Part shown: piece after piece, positions 55,417-64,000 of the stretch
How the letters are laid out: every line of letters begins with the position of its first letter
How positions within the stretch are numbered: the stretch's first letter is position 1
DNA from: Vezdaea acicularis
Taxonomy: Eukaryota
Assembly: GCA_026025075.1 (NCBI GenBank)
Contig: JAPEUI010000018.1
Location: 1-64,000 of the forward strand
DNA: 64,000 bases
Reading direction: 5' to 3'
The notes under the pieces: generated by a model
Databases searched by the model: none
What the model saw: the letters and a program-made list of their open reading frames with translations, nothing else
Told to the model about the DNA's origin: nothing
Translations under genes and position numbers: made by a program

Positions 55417-56133
55417 TCACTGGTGTGAATCTTCATACTGCATATGCTCTCTGCTCCCTCCTTCCTCCGATGCCTCTTTTTCCCCTCCATCCTCTACTCC
55501 CTCGAGTGGGTTGCGGCAAAGAGGGCAAGTCCCATTACGGCCGAGCCATGACCTGATACAGTTCTCATGGAACCAGTGCTCGCATGGTAAAGACGTCAGC
55601 ACATCTTCAAAGGCAATCTCCTCCTGGCAGACCACGCAACGCACCCCCACTTCCCCCTCAAGGAGAGCCTCGACAGTAGACTTCTCTGGAAGCGCCTCAA
55701 CAGTCTCCTTGGATGCTGGCGGTGGCCCGGCGTAGCCCTCGACTTCCGCCTGACCCCTCCTCCTATTAGCCTCCCAGTCTTCCTCCGTTTCAAGACCCCG
55801 CAGAAACCTCAGATCCCGCCGCAGATCCTCGAGGATTGTATCCCGCAGAACCGACGCCATAGCAGGTGTTGGACGCACATACTCGAGCCCTGCAACGTTC
55901 CCGCGCAACGCTCCTCCACGCTGCCCCCCTCGTTCCGTCGTCAGCGCCGCTCCAGCCTCCGCTCGAACGCGCTCGGCGGCTCGAGCTCGATCGTTCAGCG
56001 CCAGTTCTTGCTCGAGAAAGGCAATCTCAGCACTGATTGCTTCCGCGCGTCCTTCGGCCTCGTTTCGCGCGAGGTACTCGTCGTAGTTGGCCGCTGGTCC
56101 TGAGTAGTAGAGGCTATGGTCCAATGGCGGCAT
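55417..56133 (-). CDS. RING-H2 E3 ubiquitin ligase (RNF126/RNF181-like RING)
   Basis: PPPASKETVEALP..CVVC..LPCEHWFHENCIRSWL..TCPLC. Confidence 0.88.
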   Translation of the reverse strand: MPPLDHSLYYSGPAANYDEYLARNEAEGRAEAISAEIAFLEQELALNDRARAAERVRAEAGAALTTERGGQRGGALRGNVAGLEYVRPTPAMASVLRDTILEDLRRDLRFLRGLETEEDWEANRRRGQAEVEGYAGPPPASKETVEALPEKSTVEALLEGEVGVRCVVCQEEIAFEDVLTSLPCEHWFHENCIRSWLGRNGTCPLCRNPLEGVEDGGEKEASEEGGSREHMQYEDSHQ

Positions 56134-56466
56134 AATGCGTACTCGATCCGTTGGGGGTCTTGAAAATACCGCCTATGATTGGTGTATTGAAGAGGAAACC
56201 ATGAACTAGCAGCTGTGTGATGCTCTACAGGGAGATTTGTGAGAGCATAAGGAAGAAGGAAGTGTGCGTGGGTGAGTCAAAGCTTTTTCTCGGACCCGCA
56301 GCTTGCGACTAAATGTGGGTTGAACTTCTTCAATTTCTCGGGGGGCGGGGGGAAGTCCATGTTTTGCGTCTGACTTGGCACGGATTACAGCATTTTGCAC
56401 TATATTTCTAATGGGAAAAGGGGGCTTTTAAACACTATCCCGACTATGTTACGCCCGCCAATGCCT

Positions 56467-57396
56467 TCACCATGCCCCCCTCCGCATCGCCGCTCTATAT
56501 GCCTCATCAGACTCGTAACGTTCCCGCCAACGCAGATCTGCTTCCGTGGGTGCTGGTTCCCACGGCCTCTTTGCCGATGACCCTGGCTGCGGCACTCCCC
56601 TAGCCAACGCTGCTTGCAACGCGTCCACTGGCTCTTCCTCCCCTTCTACTTCTCGCGGTTCCCCTGCTGCTGGATATTTCCTGCATAGCGGGCACGAGTT
56701 GTGGCAAGTCAGCCAGGTCTCGATACAGGGGCCATGAAGCAAGTGTCCACAATTCAGTTCCTTGAACTTCTCGCTGGCCGGAAGCTCGACAAGACAGATG
56801 TTACACTTCGCCAGCCCGTTTTCATCCAGCTTTGACGCGTCCAGAGGCTTCTCGGGCAGAGCCTCGATCTCGTCTGCTGAAGCCCCCTGCCGGGGTTCAA
56901 CCGGGTGTAGAAAGGAGATTGGCAGGTGGCCCGGTATAAATAGTTCATCGACCATGTCCGGGATCCAGTCGTTGCCAAGAATGAGTCGCATCAAGAACGG
57001 GCTATGGTCGCCCATTGCGAATTGGCCATCGTAATGGTGGCCCATCTCGATGCCCCTTTCTATTTGCCAGAGCTCTTCCGGGGTGAGGTAGCTCAGGTTG
57101 ATAAAGTCACCCGCTGTGAAACTACGTACCCCCAGATATGTGCCGAGTGTATAGAAAGTTTGTAGGCGGTTGGTGGTGAAGGTTGGTTCTCGTGGTATTG
57201 GCCCGGGGTTGGGCAGGGGTGTATCGTCTGGCGGAGGGCTCTGCTCAAGCACGTTGGACCACTCGAACTCCTCTGGTGGGTTACTCTGGTCAAGCTCGTC
57301 TGTTGGATTACTCTGGTCAAGCTCGTCTGGTGGATTGCTTTAATCATGCACCTGTTCAGGGGTCGAGGCGCCCGAATGGCTACCTTGGCTGGACAT
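56467..57396 (-). CDS. RING-H2 E3 ubiquitin ligase with an in-frame TAA at codon 19 (edited, spliced out, or pseudogene)
   Basis: GASADEIEALP..CNIC..LNCGHLLHGPCIETWL..SCPLC; frame extends upstream to CAAC-ATG 57396 with one TAA at 57342-57340. Confidence 0.72.
57256..57345 (-). repeat. 27-nt coding tandem repeat (DELDQSNPx)
   Basis: TTACTCTGGTCAAGCTCGTCTG at 57281 and 57308 plus degenerate flanking copies. Confidence 0.85.
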
Positions 57397-58272
57397 GTTG
57401 GAAAGCGTCGAAGCGAATAGTTGGCTATTTCAATTAGAGATCTTTCGAGATAGGGGTGCTCTTTCACTTTAATTGTTTGTGCTTATTTGTGAAAAGGGTT
57501 CTAGAGAACAGCCTGGTACTTATATTCTCTCTTCATACGACTATTTTCAGCCTGAACAATGTCCGTTCATAGGAAGAACACATATTGTTCAGCATGACTG
57601 CGTATTCTATAATCATAAAGTCTGAAGGCCTTTCGTTTGTTCATGCTGATATGGCCTAGAGGTCATTCATCTTAGAACAAAAACAAGTATACACGGAACA
57701 ATAGGGCCTATCCGTCTGTTGTTCCTAACCGGCTTTAGTCCGTGGCGCCCTTTGAGGTGATTGATTCCTGACAAACATCCTTTGTTTGCAAAACTGGGTA
57801 TACGACACGGTTCGAAGGAGTCTAACAAAGAGAACGGCTTTTCTCCCCCAGCATGCCTCTAAGGGTGTTCAGCTGCCACTGGTGCAAGAACTCAGCAAAT
57901 TAAGAGGATTATTCTAAATCGGTACTTGTAAGTTTGTCACAGACAAGCCTAGAAGATGATGTCCAGAGAGTGTCCGATAGAGCTAGTGGAGTATTGTCCT
58001 TCATCATTCATTTGTTAGTCTCTAGAACACTAGTATTTCATTGGTGACGTACGTTTATAGCGTCATTAAGTTGTACAAGGTCTATAGCGATGTATTGGAT
58101 GCAAGGTCGTACCTGCGCCATCAGTCTGAATCCCACCAAATGCGTGGTACATTTTGATACTGTATCAAGTGTTGAGCATTTACTTCGACTGACGACCTAG
58201 CACCAAAGGAGGGGGTGGCTTTGGTTTACCAATTGAGGAGGAAGAGTATTCGAGCAATAGTAGGATCTTTAA

Positions 58273-59688
58273 TCACATAGCATGCATGCCAATGCCAAGA
58301 TAGTTGCGGACCGCGCTTGTCTCAACGAGGACAGCCTGTTGTTGCCTCATGTCCTGGGCTGCAGCTTCTAGAAGAGTCCTGTCCAATCCTCGCAAGGTCG
58401 AGATGATGTGGTGATGCCTAGAACCATATGATTCTAGCACTTGAGTATCGCTCAAGCGTTCCTCGGCGGCCGTCAAGTGCAGTAAATAGGTTGATAGTTG
58501 CTCTCCGATCAAAGTCACCGCCCTTAAGGCGAACACGTCTGCCCTTGGATCATCGCGGAGCTTATCTCGTAACATAATCTCATCTACAACTACGTCCTGC
58601 CAGTAGAGCTGGAGGGTATTATAATCAGGGTCAAAAACAATCTTCAATCCGTCCTCTTCATTGATACAAGCGAGCCAAGCGAATACGCTGTCCCATTGTA
58701 CGGATGGACTAATTCCAGGGCTGTGATCCTCGTAGTAGAATAGTGCCCTTCGATCGGCGGCGAGCGATTCTTTAGGTAATTTAAGTGGGTCGTCTTCCAA
58801 AGCCTCAAGATTGATGTAGACCTCTTCTTTTGATAACTCGCACTCTTCAATAAAACCATAAGTGAAGAGCATCTCGTATGAGCTCTTATGATCTCCATAG
58901 CTAATAAGAATCTCTTGCCCTGGCAGAACTGCCTCTCCATCGTAGAGAGCCAAGTCAACCCCGTGTATAGTTTCTCGGAACTCAGCGGTCGCTCTTTGAC
59001 GACTATGATTCGCCATGTCTATGCACGGAACAAGACAGTTACCGTGGGACGGAAGTTCCAGGACTCGGGATCGGTATAACGCATCCAATCGACGCCATGA
59101 ATCGAAGTCTAACGCATTCCCAAAAGGCCTTTCCGAGCTAGAGACGGCCATGTTGTCAAGTTGTTCATCTAATGCGATAGTAAAGTCCTTGAATTCACGC
59201 CACAGTCGGGCCAACTTATGCGCGTGAGGTAATTCGAGCGTAGTACCCTGCAAGGTTTCGACCTGACCTTCGTTCCATGTTGTAGGTAAGGACACGTCTT
59301 GAAGCAAGCCAAGGTACCTAACCAGTTCTCACAGTTAGATGTCTTCCAAGGTCCTCGGGAAATCCGGGGAGGCTTACGCAGTCCAGGAATTCTCAAGTAA
59401 GCTCATATGCAGGCAAGCTAGATATATCATAATTAATCTGCGGGCTTCTCCTCTCCATGCAGGAAGGGCTTCGAGAAGACCTTGTAGGTGTACATTCTGC
59501 TCCGCTTTCACGACTGCTGTAGACAAGATTAGCGACTTTGGTATGCTAAGAGCGCTGTCCCTTGGTCCTCGCATTTGCCGTCTTGCATAGAGGCCGACAC
59601 CATAGTCTCCTTCTTGGAAATCAACATTCTCCAAAGAGACCCCATTTCTTGAGGCCCAATTGGTCAAGGCATTGACAGTGTCGGTCAT
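58273..59688 (-). CDS. SET-domain protein lysine methyltransferase (Rkm/Efm/SETD3-like); intron 59377-59318
   Basis: GVGLYA, LSIPKSLILS, YRSR, LVPCIDMANHS, EILISYG, LFTYGF. Confidence 0.88.
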
Positions 59689-59924
59689 TCTAAAGTCTGT
59701 ATGAATGTCCCCAGATATCGCGATGCTGATAATTTTTGGGCTATGAACCGGCAGAATCTTTCACCGCCTACCAATCCTCATGATGATGTCACAGGCACTG
59801 CAATCGAGATCTTGAGAAAATGCCGTCTCGGCTTTCCTCGAGCTTCCCCGCAAAATACATCCCAGACGTAGACAATCCATCACACAAAAGAAGCCCCCCA
59901 TTTTCCCCACATAAAACAACCAAA

Positions 59925-60303
59925 ATGCATCGTACTTCGCATCTCACATCTCGGGCTTTATCTGGCATCCGAAGATCCTCGCCAATACGCGCATATGCAG
60001 ATCAGTCGACGAAGACAACCAACTGGAAAGGGAGAGGAATAGATGAGAATCCAGTCAGGCAGCAGGACGACCTCAACGCCCAGCATGCGGCCTCAAAAAC
60101 GGCGATGCAGGAGAAGGAGAAAGGGGATGAGCTGTCACAAGCCACAAGCCAAAGCGATCATCGATCATCTAATGCGAGGGCGAAGGAGGAAAGTCCTAAG
60201 GCACCGGGCCCTGTAATTGGTATGAATGATGAACGAGGAGGAGTAAGTATTCGCCTTCTGAAGGATGAGATAGATGCTAATTCGATTGTAGAAAGGATAT
60301 TGA
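59925..60303 (+). CDS. small hydrophilic, probably mitochondria-targeted hypothetical protein; intron 60243-60291
   Basis: Arg/Ser-rich N-terminus, PKAPGPVIGMNDERGG, spliced end KGY*. Confidence 0.7.
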
Positions 60304-60513
60304 TGATGAATGTGGAGGACATAGGATAGGCCAATACTCCACTTGTATATATAGCTCGAAGGATACGTCGTATGGCATGGCTGTCAGGAGTCAGATTTTT
60401 TTCAGTCACCTTCAGAATAATGCATCAGAGCACATTAAGGAGCATTATGGTTTTAAAGTTCAAAGACCAAAATCCGCTAGCTTTATATGACAAGATGTGC
60501 AAAGTCAATCAAT

Positions 60514-62201
60514 CTATGGTCGGCCAACCTTGAAAGACAGAATCTAAAGTCGTATGTTAGCAGGTAATCCATTGGAAGCCAAGCGTACTTACATTGTGCT
60601 TCCCTACTTCAACGATTTCGTCTTCTGCCACCCGAACTCCACCAACTCCCTCAACATACGCAAGTGGCGCATCTCCTAGCACCTTCCGAGCTACCTCAGC
60701 CACTGTGGTATTTCTGGCCCTAATTTAGTACTACGTTATCCAAATGGACTCTGATTAAGCATACTTCTTCACCAAGACACAGTCTCGAAATACGGCGTTG
60801 GATCCTGAAGCCCCGGAAGAGAAAGTGTTGATATTTCGCACTGGGTACACAGGGACAAGCCCAAGCAGATCTGCTGCACGACTCAAAACCTGTTGGACTC
60901 CAGTAGAGCCAAAGCGATATAAAACCATATCTTTCAAGTTTTCTATTCGTGTTTTCAGTTTATCGTCCATTTCTTTCAGGCCTCTGCCCCCAGGATCACC
61001 AGCTTCAATCAGGTCTTCCCTCGTATCTATAAACTCGCTTCCTTCTGTGTATCTGATAAAACCTTGCTTTGCGAGTTTCCGGAGAAATATTTCGGAGATT
61101 GCTGAAGTGAGCACGATTGACCGCGCATCTTGCATCTTAGAAATCTTGCTTATGTTCTGCTCCAGAGGTAGTTGTCAGTCGGTGCGCCTCAAACAGCTGG
61201 AAGCCAAAAGTATATGTACCTTATCTGCATCAGGGTGATCAATCTTATTCAGTGCAATTACAGTTGGAAACTTCTCATCCACAAATACAGAGACCACTCG
61301 CTCAATAGTCCGATCTTCCCAATGTTCTAGAGGCTGCTTTAGCTCTAATCGGTCTAGACATCTCGCAACCACTTGAGCAGTGCTTCCATAACCCGAGAAC
61401 TGGTTTTGAAGTGTCTCCACTGCGGCTGCCTCTGTTGGAGGAGTTAGAAAGTATTGAGACCCAACTTGAGGGCACAGCTTACTTATAGCAACATGCCGCC
61501 TCTTAATAGAGCCCCATTTCTCCATCAAGTTACCCAGTATCCACCTTACGATCTCCGATCGCAGCCATAAGATATCTTGCGAGGGGTCGTATCCACGAGT
61601 ATTCTTGCCTGGCCCCGGTTGTCAGACCTGTATGTCTTCTGGACAACACACCACCCTCACCTTCAGCATCCGTAGTGCCACTCACGTCTACCACATGAAT
61701 GAGAGCGTCCGCATGCCTGAGATCATCTAAGAACTTATTGCCCAAACCCTTCCCTTGGTGAGCACCCGGAACCAGTCCCGCAACGTCAAGCAGCTCGATA
61801 GGAACCGACCGAGTTCCCTCCGTACAAGAGCCATAGTTGGGCTTACACCGGTCTGAGAGATTGAACCGAGCACAAGCGCAGGGTATTTGGAGAAACCCAA
61901 TGGCGCGCTGGGGATCGATCGTTGTGAATCTAGCATGGATTGAGCATTGTGATTTCGTATGGAACTGTAGTCGTGCCGGTAATGCTTACGGGAAGTTTCC
62001 TGGACAGGGGATATCAGTTGAAGGCCATTTTCTCAGCAGGTTGAAAAATTACCAATCTTGGACGAGGCATCCGTCAGACTACCTCGTCGCGATCAGACTT
62101 GCCCCATTGGTTCAGAGGGAGCGGTCGGCTCACCTGTTGAGCGTAGAGCTCTTTCCGGAGCTGGGCTTGCCAACCAGGGCAATCAAAGGGTCTCGGGGCA
62201 T
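60514..62201 (-). CDS. Obg/YchF-family GTP-binding protein (YGR210C-like), multi-intron
   Basis: G1 GKPSSGKS, G2 GNFPFTTIDP, G3 [24 protein letters not shown]4 NKID, C-terminal TGS-like region. Confidence 0.88.
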
Positions 62202-62419
62202 GTTGGAAAGAACCTGGACTCAATCCAGCAAAATGTGGTTGAGTAAACCGTCATGTAGGACCGAGATTGTCGGGGATAAAGCGGTCATGTAGTTCGGTTC
62301 CGCGGTCACAGCAACTTTTAGTAACTTCACAAGCAAGACTCCATCACACTATATCAATGCGGTTAAATAACGTAGTTCCCTTCATGAAGTTTAAAATCGT
62401 GCAATTTCACTTTTCTAAA

Positions 62420-63205
62420 TCACAATGTCTCATCATTTCCTAGGCCACCATAAGTGTTCCCTGACGTACCACTAGCAGTCACAGGCAAGCCCGCCGCTTT
62501 GTCCTCCTCATTCTGCTGCGATATCTTCGCCTCTGCAAGCCTTGCTGGGTCATTCTCCCCTCCAATATCGGTTGGATCCGCATAATGATCCTTCTCATCG
62601 TCAAATCCTTCCGACGTCAAATTCTTTCCCTTTGGCTTCCGATCAGTCGGGTCCTGTACATAAGCAGTGTAGCCTGGGGCCGTGGGAACGGAGCTTTTCT
62701 TCGAAGGAATAGGCCCGTCAGGTCCAGTACTACCGCCGCTCCCCTGCCCTGAGCCTACGTAAGAGCTTTCATTCAAAGAGGTGCCCCTTATGCTATAGAC
62801 CCCCCTTGTACCTTCACCCTCCTCTCCGCCCTGCCCACCAACTCCCTCTGCATACTTCGGGCCACTCTTCCCCATCTCCTCGTCCGGCCTACGCTCATCC
62901 TCCTTGTCCGCTCGCTCTTCTTTATTAGATGCTTGCTCAAGCTCAGTCACGCCTTGAGTATCTATATTCGTGAAGGTCGATTTGCCCCCTTCGACGTCTG
63001 AGGGCGTGCTATTGTGGTTCTTTGAGAAAACACCCTTGTTCTTCGACGACTCGGCAGCGAGAGAGTCAGCAGGTATGGGACCGGGGTTTTCCTCTTTTTC
63101 TCCTTCTTTAGAGTAATCCTGGAGGCTTTGGTTAGTGCTAAATGTAGGAAGGTGAAGCAAGTGGACTGGTGGGCGTACGTATTTGGTGTTGGTGTGGAAA
63201 GACAT
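62420..63205 (-). CDS. hydrophilic Gly/Glu-rich fungal protein of unknown function; intron 63178-63119
   Basis: GPIPADSLAAES, KPKGKNLTSEGF, IGGENDPARLAE; canonical 60-nt intron. Confidence 0.75.
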   Translation of the reverse strand: MSFHTNTKYVRPPVHLLHLPTFSTNQSLQDYSKEGEKEENPGPIPADSLAAESSKNKGVFSKNHNSTPSDVEGGKSTFTNIDTQGVTELEQASNKEERADKEDERRPDEEMGKSGPKYAEGVGGQGGEEGEGTRGVYSIRGTSLNESSYVGSGQGSGGSTGPDGPIPSKKSSVPTAPGYTAYVQDPTDRKPKGKNLTSEGFDDEKDHYADPTDIGGENDPARLAEAKISQQNEEDKAAGLPVTASGTSGNTYGGLGNDETL

Positions 63206-64000
63206 CTTTGGAGCTGTAAAGAATTAGGTAATAATTGCAATGATTATCCAAGTTTGGGGTGGATATGGGAACTTTTGGAACGATAGTTAGAACTTCTCCT
63301 ACATATTGTCATCCTGTACCTGACTGCGTCATCGAAAGCTTGACCGAGCATTGACGTCATATTGAAGGTCGCCATCACATCACAATGGAATTTTTGCAGG
63401 AATGAGGGTCTTAGTACCAGAAGTAAAGAATGGAATGGAGAGAGCACCATGTCATTTAAGCGCAAAGAGCTTGAGGATGATAAGGTATCCTGCCAGTGAA
63501 ATCTTCCGCAAATTATATATCTTCATCCCAGCACTGATACCAGAAAGCTCCATCGTGAATAAGGGCAATGCGCCCTAGTTTTCAACCTTCAACGAAGCTG
63601 GATACTCCTTGCAACGCTGTACGCTTCGTTGGCAGTGACTACCATCAGGAGAAAAGGGGCGTTGGATAGGGTTGACAAGATACGCTCAATCCTCTGCATT
63701 GCTCGTCTCCCCACTAGTGGAAGACAAACAATAAAACCACGTAATATCATGAGTCTCATAGTAATGGTGGATTTCAACCCAATGCGGTTTCATGAGATAT
63801 CTTGTCTAGGCAAAGCACTAAAAGCGCGGATAGGTAATGCATGAACAAGAAATAGCTGTGCCGCGGAAACATATCGCATGAGCATCGTAGTACAAGTGAA
63901 AAACGAATCTCGCCAATGTAGGGAATTACAGCAAACCTATGCTGTAGAATTCCTCTGGCAGTGGGCACGGTACGGGTGGGGGTATGAATGGATGGATGTG

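Noticed and set aside
57093..57467. 124-aa ORF as the N-terminus of the RING gene via frameshift
   Set aside because: The RING frame itself extends to a good ATG at 57396; this ORF is an alternative reading of the 27-nt repeat
1..64000. CRISPR arrays, tRNA or rRNA genes, prokaryote-style operons
   Set aside because: Eukaryotic intron-rich DNA; no repeat-spacer array, cloverleaf or rRNA sequence recognised by eye (tRNAscan/Infernal not run)

Overview
Gene-dense, intron-containing eukaryotic DNA from a filamentous ascomycete (Pezizomycotina-type: ~50-90 nt GT-AG introns with CTRAC-like branch sites, and a wetA homolog). I can support about 29 protein-coding genes. Housekeeping or conserved genes include RPL22, RPL5, RACK1/ASC1 (hosting a U24-type box C/D snoRNA), BMT6, TAF8, MNN9, ERV25, SDH5, an Obg/YchF-family GTPase, SRAP/HMCES, MHP1-like, FAM32A-like, Ubl-AN1 zinc finger, HAD hydrolase, F-box, AMID/FSP1-like oxidoreductase and a SET methyltransferase. 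Accessory-looking genes are a stand-alone class I terpene synthase, an isochorismatase-AlkB-GST fusion, an integrase-zinc-finger-only protein and a tandem pair of RING-H2 ligases. The most intriguing signals are: (i) an in-frame TAA at codon 19 of the second RING gene, behind a promoter rich in HMG-box-like AACAAW sites (RNA editing, a cryptic intron or a pseudogene); (ii) the AlkB fusion lying next to SRAP/HMCES; (iii) a U24 snoRNA whose box D guide no longer matches the canonical target; (iv) a hairpin covering the branch region of an RPL22 intron. No CRISPR, tRNA, rRNA or intact transposon was recognised. All family calls are from motif recognition by eye; no database search was run.
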